From positions 115,040 to 179,039 of the forward strand of contig CBFHZD010000001.1 of NCBI GenBank assembly GCA_965660305.1: 64,000 nucleotides of DNA, given 5' to 3'. A program made the position numbers and the translations under genes. The notes beneath the pieces are model-generated. The model saw only the letters and a list, made by a program, of their open reading frames with translations, did no database searches and was not told where the DNA came from. The DNA comes from Flavobacteriales bacterium. Its GTDB lineage: Bacteria; Bacteroidota; Bacteroidia; Flavobacteriales_D; CAJJDF01. Positions 56,688-64,000 of the stretch are shown piece by piece (positions within the stretch are counted from its first letter, which is position 1; every line of letters starts with the position of its first letter).

Positions 56688-57590
56688 TTAAGCTAACTTC
56701 TTCCCCTTACTTGTCAAATATACTCCTACAAAAATAAGTAAAGTGCAAACTAATTTCTCCCAAGTAATTGCAGCTGCGTAATTACTTTCAGAGTTATATA
56801 AACTGATTCCAAACCCAATCAACATGGCGAATACTGGTTGTAAATAAATGTAGCTACTTGCAATGGTTGGAGACAATTGCTTTACAGCAAAAATGTTGAA
56901 TAAGTAAGTACAAAATGTAGTAAATAAAATGATGAAAGCAATAGAACCCAACACAATTGGTGGTAAGCTAAAACTAAAATCCTGCACATCGGATATTCCA
57001 AAAGGAAGTACTACAAAAAACGCAAAAGTAAACATGTAAGTGATAACAGTGAGCGGTTTATATTTTGCCAAAAGCGGCTTTACCAAAACCAAATAAAGCG
57101 AGTAACTGGTGGCATTTGCCATGATAAATAAATTTCCTTTGAAGGATGAGCCAGAATTGGCATTTCCGCCTAAATAAATTAAAACTACAGCCCCAATGAG
57201 TCCCAAAGATATGCCCAGAACCTTATTCGTTGTGAGTGTTGTTTTTAGTATAAAAAGAGACAACAAGGTTACAATAACGGGGGAAGTCACCATAATAATA
57301 GCCGAGTCAATAGGTGAGGTAATGCTTAACCCTTGAAAAAACAACAGTTGATTCAAAGCCACTCCAAAAAATCCAACTAAGGCAATTCTGCTAAAGTCCT
57401 TTTTATCCACCCTTTCGCGAATAAAAAACCTCAAGATCCAAAAGATAATAGCAGCCCCAAAAATTCGGAGTAGAATGAATGTGTTGGGTTTTAAATAAGC
57501 TGGCATCACTTCTTTGGCGATGAAATGGCTACTTCCGTAAATGACATTAACAGCTAATAAGGCTAGGTGAGCAAGTAAATTCTTAGGCAT
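56688..57590 (-). CDS. EamA/DMT-family transporter
   Basis: 300 aa, about 10 TM helices in two EamA-like halves. Confidence 0.8.
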   Translation of the reverse strand: MPKNLLAHLALLAVNVIYGSSHFIAKEVMPAYLKPNTFILLRIFGAAIIFWILRFFIRERVDKKDFSRIALVGFFGVALNQLLFFQGLSITSPIDSAIIMVTSPVIVTLLSLFILKTTLTTNKVLGISLGLIGAVVLIYLGGNANSGSSFKGNLFIMANATSYSLYLVLVKPLLAKYKPLTVITYMFTFAFFVVLPFGISDVQDFSFSLPPIVLGSIAFIILFTTFCTYLFNIFAVKQLSPTIASSYIYLQPVFAMLIGFGISLYNSESNYAAAITWEKLVCTLLIFVGVYLTSKGKKLA

Positions 57591-57930
57591 TAAGTTTCGT
57601 TTTCAAAGACTCAATTACTTTCTTGCTATTTCCCACAAACAGCTCATTTTCAAAAATAAACACAGGTCTTTTCAAGAAAGTATATTCCTCCAAAATCATA
57701 GATTTAAGCTTTTCTTCGCTCAATTCTTGCCCTTTATATTCTGATAGCTTTCTTGCACGCTTATTTAATAAACTCTCGTAACTATCTGTCATACTTCGCA
57801 TTTTTTCCAGCTGTTCCAGAGTTACTCCATCCTTTTTTATGTCTTGTAAATTCCAATCTGCAGAAAGGTTTAATTCCTTGAGAATTCGTTTACAAGTATC
57901 GCAAGTAGAGAGGTAGTAGGCTTTTTTCAT
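57583..57930 (-). CDS. ArsC/Spx-family thioredoxin-fold protein
   Basis: 115 aa. N-terminal YYLSTCDTCKR redox-type motif. Overlaps the EamA gene by 8 nt. Confidence 0.7.
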   Translation of the reverse strand: MKKAYYLSTCDTCKRILKELNLSADWNLQDIKKDGVTLEQLEKMRSMTDSYESLLNKRARKLSEYKGQELSEEKLKSMILEEYTFLKRPVFIFENELFVGNSKKVIESLKTKLNA

Positions 57931-58029
57931 TGGTTTATTTTTAGAATATTTGAATTATAGAATCTAGAATTTTAGTTGTATAATTTTTTATTCGCTTTAC
58001 TAAAAGTCTAAATTCTTTTATTTAATGTC

Positions 58030-59031
58030 TTAATTCTCTTCTACACTAATATATTTCCACAATAAATCCTTAAGCTCTGCAATACCTTGTTGAGCCACAG
58101 ATGAAATGAATACGGTTTCTATTCCCTGGGGTAATTCTTTTGAGATTTCTTCTTTTAATTCATCATCCAACATATCACTTTTGGTTATGGCAAGAACTCT
58201 ATCTTTATCCAATAATTCTGGGTTGTAAGTCCCAACTTCATTGATCAAAATATTAAATTCCTTTTGGATATCATCGCTATCGGCCGGAACCATAAAAAGA
58301 AGTAATGCATTACGCTCAATGTGACGAAGAAATCTATGACCCAAACCCTTTCCTTCATTTGCACCTTCAATAATTCCTGGAATATCAGCCATTACAAACG
58401 ACTTGTAACCTCGGTATTTCACAATTCCTAAGTTAGGAACTAAAGTGGTAAACGGATAATCAGCAATTTCGGGTTTAGCTGCAGAAACAACGGAAAGCAA
58501 TGTTGATTTTCCTGCATTTGGAAAACCTACAAGCCCTACATCTGCCAATACTTTTAGCTCAAGTATTTTCCATTCCTCTTTACCAGGTTCACCAGGTTGA
58601 GAGTATCTTGGAGCTTGATTCGTAGAAGATTTAAAATGGTCGTTTCCTCTTCCTCCCTTTCCACCTTTCGTAAGAATCACCTCTTGACCATCCTCCGTTA
58701 TTTCGAACAATACTTTTTCCGTTTCACCATCTTTTACTAAAGTTCCTAAAGGTACCTCCACAATTTTATCCTCACCTTCTGCTCCAGTTTGGTGTTGTCC
58801 TCTACCCACATCTCCATGACCAGCAATAATATGCCGCTGAAACTTGAGATGTAGCAAAGTCCACAACTGACTATTCCCTCTCAAAATTACATGTCCACCT
58901 CGTCCACCGTCACCTCCATCTGGCCCACCTTTTGCAGTTATCTTATCGCGATAAAAATGTGAACTTCCTGCTCCACCCTTTCCCGAACGGCAACAAATTT
59001 TTACGTAATCTATAAAATTGGATTTTGACAA
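58030..59031 (-). CDS. obgE: GTPase Obg/CgtA
   Basis: Gly-rich Obg fold ([24 protein letters not shown]) plus G-domain motifs [13 protein letters not shown] and TKSD. Confidence 0.93.
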   Translation of the reverse strand: MSKSNFIDYVKICCRSGKGGAGSSHFYRDKITAKGGPDGGDGGRGGHVILRGNSQLWTLLHLKFQRHIIAGHGDVGRGQHQTGAEGEDKIVEVPLGTLVKDGETEKVLFEITEDGQEVILTKGGKGGRGNDHFKSSTNQAPRYSQPGEPGKEEWKILELKVLADVGLVGFPNAGKSTLLSVVSAAKPEIADYPFTTLVPNLGIVKYRGYKSFVMADIPGIIEGANEGKGLGHRFLRHIERNALLLFMVPADSDDIQKEFNILINEVGTYNPELLDKDRVLAITKSDMLDDELKEEISKELPQGIETVFISSVAQQGIAELKDLLWKYISVEEN

Positions 59032-59155
59032 AGCTTAATTAATTTTTACAAAACTAATACAATTAAGAATCTTTTAATTAGGAATTGTGAATTGTCTTTG
59101 GAATACACCCAATTATTTAGTTGTTTTCCAGGTAAGAATTCGACTTTTGTAACAA

Positions 59156-59287
59156 CTAATCAGAACTCACAACTCCCCAAGTAGGGCAAGTGTCGCATTT
59201 CTTCTTTTTCTTTTTGGTAGCGCAAGATGATAGCACCATAAAGGCTAACATAAAAAAAGAAAGGAGTAAAAGGTGTTTTCGTTTCAT
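59156..59287 (-). CDS. Tiny predicted lipoprotein (43 aa, not in ORF track)
   Basis: Hand translation gives MKRKHLLLLSFFMLAFMVLSSCATKKKKKKCDTCPTWGVVSSD: signal peptide with lipobox LSSC, then K6 and CDTC. Confidence 0.4.
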   Translation of the reverse strand: MKRKHLLLLSFFMLAFMVLSSCATKKKKKKCDTCPTWGVVSSD

Positions 59288-59408
59288 TGGTATCAAGTTT
59301 TATTCTACTTATAAACTATTTGTAATTATAAGTTAGCGTTAAAAAGCAGGAGGCTATTTTGATAGAAACTAAAATAACCCTTATTTTAGTAGCTTAAAAG
59401 TACGGAAT

Positions 59409-60155
59409 TTGAATTTATTTGAGCACATAGGGAGATTTATTTTGATGATTGCGGCTGCTTTCAAAAAACCCGAGAAGTGGAAAGTGCTAGGAAAAAACTT
59501 TATCCATGAAGTTCACTCCATTGGCATTAGTTCTTTGAGCATTGTTGCCCTACTATCTTTATTCATGGGTGCTGTAATGGTTATCCAAACTGCTTCTAAC
59601 ATTGATTCTGTATTAATCCCTGCTTACACTGTAGGTTTTGCGACCCGACAATCTATGATTCTTGAGTTTTCATCCACTATGATTTGTCTCATCCTGGCAG
59701 GAAAAGTTGGCTCAAATATCGCCTCTGAAATTGGAACGATGAGACTCACAGAGCAAATTGATGCACTTGAGGTCATGGGAGTAAATTCCATTAATCATCT
59801 GGTATTACCAAAAATCCTAGCCTCGCTTTTTATATTTCCATTCATTGTTTTGATTAGTATGGGATTGGGATTAATTGGCGGAGGATTAATTGGAACCCAA
59901 GCAGGAATTATCACCTTAGAAAAATACATCATGGGACTTCAATACTATTTTGATCCCTTTAGTATTACTTACTCCCTTATTAAAACTTTATTTTTCGCCT
60001 TTTTTATTGCTACTATTCCTTCCTATTTTGGGTATTATGTAAATCCAAGTGGCGGAGCTCTAGAAGTAGGGAAATCGGGGACTAAATCGGTTGTTGCCAG
60101 CAGCATGGTGATTCTACTAATTAATCTAATAATCACTTATTTCTTATTACTGTAA
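59409..60155 (+). CDS. mlaE: MlaE-like ABC transporter permease
   Basis: 248 aa polytopic protein with an MlaE-like core (AGKVGSNIASEIGTMRLTEQIDALEVMG). TTG start as given by the track. Confidence 0.8.
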   Translation: MNLFEHIGRFILMIAAAFKKPEKWKVLGKNFIHEVHSIGISSLSIVALLSLFMGAVMVIQTASNIDSVLIPAYTVGFATRQSMILEFSSTMICLILAGKVGSNIASEIGTMRLTEQIDALEVMGVNSINHLVLPKILASLFIFPFIVLISMGLGLIGGGLIGTQAGIITLEKYIMGLQYYFDPFSITYSLIKTLFFAFFIATIPSYFGYYVNPSGGALEVGKSGTKSVVASSMVILLINLIITYFLLL

Positions 60156-60159
60156 CCCT

Positions 60160-60918
60160 ATGAGTATAATTGTAAAAGACATACAAAAAGGATTCAATGG
60201 AACAGATATATTAAAAGGAATTTCTTTTGAATTTGAACCTGGTAAAACGAACTTAATTATTGGACAAAGTGGTTCTGGAAAATCTGTACTTACAAAGTGT
60301 ATTGTTGGACTTTATGAGGTGGACAAAGGAGAAGTAATTTATGGTGGTGAAAATTTCTCGGCTATGAATGTGGCCGAAAGAAAACAAATAAGATCTCAAA
60401 TTGGCATGTTGTTTCAAGGTAGCGCCTTGTTTGATTCTTATAGCGTAGAGCAAAATGTGATGTTTCCTTTAATTATGTTTTCTGACATGACAAAAGAAGA
60501 AATGATCGAACGCGTAAATTTTTGTTTAAAAAGAGTTCAACTAGAAAACAAAAATCATTTATTCCCTTCTGAAATTAGTGGTGGAATGCAAAAAAGAGTT
60601 GCAATAGCCAGAGCAATCGCACTGAACCCGAAATACCTGTTTTGTGATGAACCCAACTCGGGACTAGACCCTAAAACCTCTATAGTGATTGATAACTTAA
60701 TTCATGACCTGACCAAAGAATACAACATGACTACCGTGGTGATTACCCATGACATGAATTCTGTGATGGAGATTGGAGAGAATATCATGTATATCCACAA
60801 AGGAGAAAATTGGTGGACTGGCGACAAGCACTCCATAATAACCACAGACAATAAAGAAATAGGAGATTTCGTATATGCATCCGAATTCATGAGGCAATTG
60901 AGAGGCAAGCTAAGCTAA
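60160..60918 (+). CDS. mlaF: ABC transporter ATP-binding protein (MlaF-like)
   Basis: Walker A GQSGSGKS, signature ISGGMQKR and Walker B LFCDEP. Confidence 0.88.
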   Translation: MSIIVKDIQKGFNGTDILKGISFEFEPGKTNLIIGQSGSGKSVLTKCIVGLYEVDKGEVIYGGENFSAMNVAERKQIRSQIGMLFQGSALFDSYSVEQNVMFPLIMFSDMTKEEMIERVNFCLKRVQLENKNHLFPSEISGGMQKRVAIARAIALNPKYLFCDEPNSGLDPKTSIVIDNLIHDLTKEYNMTTVVITHDMNSVMEIGENIMYIHKGENWWTGDKHSIITTDNKEIGDFVYASEFMRQLRGKLS

Positions 60919-60990
60919 TTTTTTAGCAGTTTCTCTCAAAGTGATATGAAGCTCATAATCATCTAAAGAACCAAACAAATTACAACCAAT

Positions 60991-61623
60991 ATGAACACCT
61001 TGTTTTTAAGCTCACCCGAAGTATTTGGGATTGAAATCTTTGATAACGATTTTTATAAATTACTGGTTCTCTTCGGACTTAATTTTTTGAGCACAATCAT
61101 CTTAGCTCGGTTTATCTATTATCCTTTTAACAATAAAAAAAGAGAATTTATTTTTGCCTACATGGTTGTAAGTAGCGTTATTTTCTTTTTGTGTTTTGCC
61201 CTAAAGGCTTTTAAGTTTAATACAGGGGTTGCCATTGGCTTATTTGCACTTTTAGGAGTTATACGATTCAGAACAGATACTATCTCCCTGAAAGAAATGG
61301 CATATTTGTTTGTTTTTATTGGGGTTTCGATGATTAATGCATTTTCCAAAAAAATGAGTTTGTATGAAATTGGTTTTATCAATCTTGCTTTTATTTCCAT
61401 TACGGCTATCGGTGAGAGGCTCCTTCAACAAAAATCGGCAAGTAAAAAAACTGCCAATTTTGAATTGACTTATACCAATCTTACTAATTTGAATCCGGAT
61501 AATTATCCCGCATTAAAAGAGGATATCTCTTCCAAAACAGGCTTGAATGTTGAGTCTATAAAAATAACCAGCATAGATTTCAAAACCAATGAAGCCAAAC
61601 TAAAGGTGTACTTCGAAAAATGA
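60991..61623 (+). CDS. DUF4956-like membrane protein
   Basis: 210 aa, 4-5 TM segments, GLFALLGVIRFRT motif remembered from DUF4956. Confidence 0.5.
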   Translation: MNTLFLSSPEVFGIEIFDNDFYKLLVLFGLNFLSTIILARFIYYPFNNKKREFIFAYMVVSSVIFFLCFALKAFKFNTGVAIGLFALLGVIRFRTDTISLKEMAYLFVFIGVSMINAFSKKMSLYEIGFINLAFISITAIGERLLQQKSASKKTANFELTYTNLTNLNPDNYPALKEDISSKTGLNVESIKITSIDFKTNEAKLKVYFEK

Positions 61624-61644
61624 GTGACAGCCAAATAATGACAC

Positions 61645-61687
61645 AAAAAATGCCCTTTCGAACAACAAACGAAAGGGCATTTTATTT
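61645..61687. terminator. Bidirectional terminator
   Basis: A6-TGCCCTTTCG-loop-CGAAAGGGCA-TTTTATTT. Confidence 0.8.
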
Positions 61688-61707
61688 ATTACAACAACTG
61701 TTTTCCT

Positions 61708-62157
61708 TTAATTACTCAGGTATTCTTTCACCAATTTAGATATAAGTTTACCATCTGCTTTACCAGCAAGCTGTCCCATAGCGGCTCCCATTACCTTACC
61801 CATATCTGCGGCAGAAGAGGCTCCAGTTTTAGCAATGATTTCTTTCACTACCTCACCAATTTCATCTTCGCTCATTTGAGCGGGTAAATAAGCCTCAATG
61901 ATATTTGCTTGAAACACTTCGTCAGCTAATAAATCAGGTCTATCTTGCTCTTCATAAAGCGCTGCTGCATCTTTTCTTTGTTTGTGGAGTTTCTGAAGAA
62001 TTTTCATTTCAGTTTCTTCGCTAATCTCTCCGCTACTGTCTTTGGTAGCCTCCAGCATCAAAGCAGATTTTACAGCACGCAAGGCGGCTAACTTTTCTTT
62101 ATCTCGGGCTTTCATAGCCTCTTTGATATCGGTATTTATTTGTTCTGTTAAACTCAT
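61708..62157 (-). CDS. yqeY: GatB/YqeY-domain protein
   Basis: 149 aa. The N-terminus LTEQINTDIKEAMKARDKEKLAALRAVKSA is typical. Confidence 0.85.
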   Translation of the reverse strand: MSLTEQINTDIKEAMKARDKEKLAALRAVKSALMLEATKDSSGEISEETEMKILQKLHKQRKDAAALYEEQDRPDLLADEVFQANIIEAYLPAQMSEDEIGEVVKEIIAKTGASSAADMGKVMGAAMGQLAGKADGKLISKLVKEYLSN

Positions 62158-62174
62158 ATTTTAATATTTATAAA

Positions 62175-63857
62175 TTAGTCGACATTATCATGTAAAAAAG
62201 AGTTGTTTCCCTTAATTGAATTCCCCTTACCTTCATCTTCGGACAAAGTAAATCGTGACACATTACTCTCTGAAGAATGAGGAGTATCTTGTAATTTAAT
62301 TTTTCTTCGAATGTAAGCAGGCTCACTTTCAAGCTCCGACAATCCAAAAGGTGTTCTTAATTTAAGACTCAATTCCTTAATTCTTTCTTCTCTCTCAGCC
62401 GATAATTCTTGAAGTTGTTCTCTGCTAATTTCTTCTCGAACCTCCTCTTTTACCTCCTTAGCTTCATTCGATACGGCTGAAGGGGTAGAGTCGATTTCAT
62501 CTTCCAAATCATCTTCCAAGTAGTGAATGATTCTTTCTTCTTTTTTTGGCTCAGATTGAGTGTTTTGAGGAGCAGAAATCTCTTCACGTTTCTCCTCGGC
62601 CTTAGGCGTGTTCAATTCAAAGTTTAAAGAAGCTTGCTCCTCCAACATGATTCTTTCCATGTTAACTTCCTCTTTTTCTACTTCTTCATTAAGTTCTACT
62701 TTTGGCTCTTCCTTTATTTCGTTTTTCAAATAAGGCATATCTTGAGCAGATTCTTCTTCCTCTTTTTCAATTTCCTGAGCCGAAAAAGACTGCGTTGGAG
62801 AAGTAATTGGTTTCGCTATCATAGTTGATTCATCAGCACCTAAGTCCAAATATGTTTTCTTTGGCTCTTCAGGTGTAACTCCTGTATCTACATTAGCATT
62901 TGTATGAAAACCCGTAGCTATAACAGTTACACAAACTCCTGTACCAAGCGTTTCATCATATCCTTGACCCATAATCATTTCAGCAGAGCCACCTGCAGCA
63001 TCAACAATAAAGTCAGTGATTTCACTCATTTCATCCATTGTTAATTCTTCTTCGCCAAACGTAATGTTCAATAATACTTGTTTAGCCCCTGTAATGTCGT
63101 TATCATTCAATAATGGAGAAGACAAGGCTTTTTCAGCGGCAATAATCGCTCTATTTTCACCTTCGGCAGTCGCTGTTCCCATAATTGCAACGCCACTATC
63201 CTTCATTACAGTGTTTACATCATTCAAATCTACATTGATGAATCCCGTTTTAGAAATCACCTCAGCAATACCTTTGGCCGCAGAAGCCAATACTTGGTCG
63301 GCCTGAGCATAGGCATTACGGATAGTTAAATTCCCGAACATATCTCTCAATTTCTCATTATTGATAATCAAAAGCGTATCCACAGCATCTCTCATTTCTT
63401 TGATTCCTGCCTCGGCCTGTTCTTTTCTCTTCTTTCCTTCAAAACTAAATGGTACCGTTACAATTCCAACTGTCAAAATACCCATATCCTTGGCTACTTT
63501 GGCAACTACTGGTCCTGCACCTGTTCCTGTTCCTCCACCCATTCCGGCAGTTATGAACACCATGTTAGTGTTGTCAGATAAATAGTTTTTTATTTCATCT
63601 ACGCTTTCAATCGCAGCATTTTTTCCAACCTCTGGCAAGGACCCTGCACCTCTACCTCCAGTTAAAGTTTCCCCTAATTGAATTTTTGTCGGTACAGCAC
63701 TAATGTCAAGAGCTTGAATATCGGTATTACACACGATAAAATCTACGTCCTTTATTCCAAGTTCGTACATGTGGTTTACGGCATTACTACCTCCACCTCC
63801 AACACCTATCACTTTGATGATATTGGCTTTGTTGTTGTTTGGGATGTTAAATTCCAT
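62175..63857 (-). CDS. ftsZ: Cell division protein FtsZ with long acidic linker
   Basis: Tubulin signature GMGGGTGTGAGP. The ~230-aa E/K-rich C-terminal linker ends in a conserved tail. Confidence 0.95.
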   Translation of the reverse strand: MEFNIPNNNKANIIKVIGVGGGGSNAVNHMYELGIKDVDFIVCNTDIQALDISAVPTKIQLGETLTGGRGAGSLPEVGKNAAIESVDEIKNYLSDNTNMVFITAGMGGGTGTGAGPVVAKVAKDMGILTVGIVTVPFSFEGKKRKEQAEAGIKEMRDAVDTLLIINNEKLRDMFGNLTIRNAYAQADQVLASAAKGIAEVISKTGFINVDLNDVNTVMKDSGVAIMGTATAEGENRAIIAAEKALSSPLLNDNDITGAKQVLLNITFGEEELTMDEMSEITDFIVDAAGGSAEMIMGQGYDETLGTGVCVTVIATGFHTNANVDTGVTPEEPKKTYLDLGADESTMIAKPITSPTQSFSAQEIEKEEEESAQDMPYLKNEIKEEPKVELNEEVEKEEVNMERIMLEEQASLNFELNTPKAEEKREEISAPQNTQSEPKKEERIIHYLEDDLEDEIDSTPSAVSNEAKEVKEEVREEISREQLQELSAEREERIKELSLKLRTPFGLSELESEPAYIRRKIKLQDTPHSSESNVSRFTLSEDEGKGNSIKGNNSFLHDNVD

Positions 63858-63892
63858 ATTGTTTGGTTTTTGTTGTTGTTATAATCTTGTTG

Positions 63893-64000
63893 TTACTTAA
63901 TATCTTCGTCAAAAAAGTTTTTTATCTTTTCAAAAAAGTTGGCTTTTTTCATGAAAGAAGTATCTCTTTGAACAGTCTCAGGTCTTTGAATTGCTCTTTG
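63893..64000 (-). CDS. ftsA: Cell division protein FtsA, 3' end only (cut by window edge)
   Basis: The minus-strand frame reads ...KKANFFEKIKNFFDEDIK-stop, an amphipathic FtsA-like tail. Lies immediately upstream of ftsZ. Confidence 0.6.
   Translation of the reverse strand, partial: QRAIQRPETVQRDTSFMKKANFFEKIKNFFDEDIK

Noticed and set aside
62175-63857. Unusually long FtsZ (560 aa) as an anomaly
   Set aside because: The extra length is an E/K-rich disordered linker between the tubulin core and the conserved C-terminal tail. As far as I recall this is common in Bacteroidota FtsZ, and there is no sign of fusion or frameshift.
1-64000. Mobile elements, prophage, defence islands, toxin-antitoxin pairs
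   Set aside because: No transposase, integrase, recombinase, phage structural, restriction-modification or recognisable defence-system genes were seen. Gene content is core metabolism and cell-cycle genes apart from the clusters discussed.

Overview
This is an AT-rich chromosomal segment that looks Bacteroidota (Flavobacteriia-like). The pointers are a fused ccoN-ccoO, a short sigma-70, bshC, TonB-dependent receptors and A/T-rich leaders with no Shine-Dalgarno sites. All product calls rest on motifs read by eye and on remembered family signatures. No database search was run.

Gene content, left to right:
- A complete cbb3 oxidase cluster: ccoI (5' partial), ccoS, ccoNO, a ccoQ-like peptide, ccoP, ccoG, a FixH-like gene and a TauE-like gene.
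- Convergent to it, a tightly packed 7-gene minus-strand array: SpoIIM-like, DUF4129, DUF4350-like, MoxR AAA+, DUF58/vWA, a PAS histidine kinase and a REC-Crp regulator.
- Housekeeping genes: rpsO, pnp, rpoD, monomeric icd, pyrF, prfA, purM, an OmpA-family protein, a TonB-dependent receptor, DinB, bshC, a fused 2-oxoacid dehydrogenase E1, a split UshA-like nucleotidase, dnaA and kbl.
- A TPP riboswitch in front of a TonB-dependent receptor.
- SDR, TetR, ABC1 kinase and SRPBCC genes.
- A photolyase/cryptochrome cluster with three paralogues plus TIGR03643, a flavin reductase and DUF2256.
- yicC, an EamA transporter, an ArsC-family gene, obg, mlaEF-like genes, DUF4956, yqeY, ftsZ and the 3' end of ftsA.

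I saw no rRNA, tRNA, CRISPR array, transposase, integrase or prophage genes.

Signals most worth a second look:
1. A family of about 120-nt composite palindromic repeats (BIME-like pairs of about 55-nt units with covarying hairpins). There are five copies between 43.5 and 56.7 kb, each ending 22-52 nt upstream of a start codon or riboswitch, and three of them punctuate the photolyase cluster.
2. The MoxR/DUF58 membrane module apparently co-transcribed with a FixL-like PAS kinase and a REC-Crp hybrid regulator, next to the cbb3 genes. Two TGAT-N4-ATCA palindromes lie upstream of ccoS and icd.
3. Atypical photolyase-family members: one that starts at the FAD domain and may be circularly permuted, and a CryPro/FeS-BCP homologue with none of the four Fe-S cysteines.

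Five small genes absent from the ORF track were recovered by hand: ccoS, ccoQ-like, DUF2256, a Lacal_2735-like peptide and a 43-aa lipoprotein. The 3' end of ftsA, cut by the window edge, was also read by hand.
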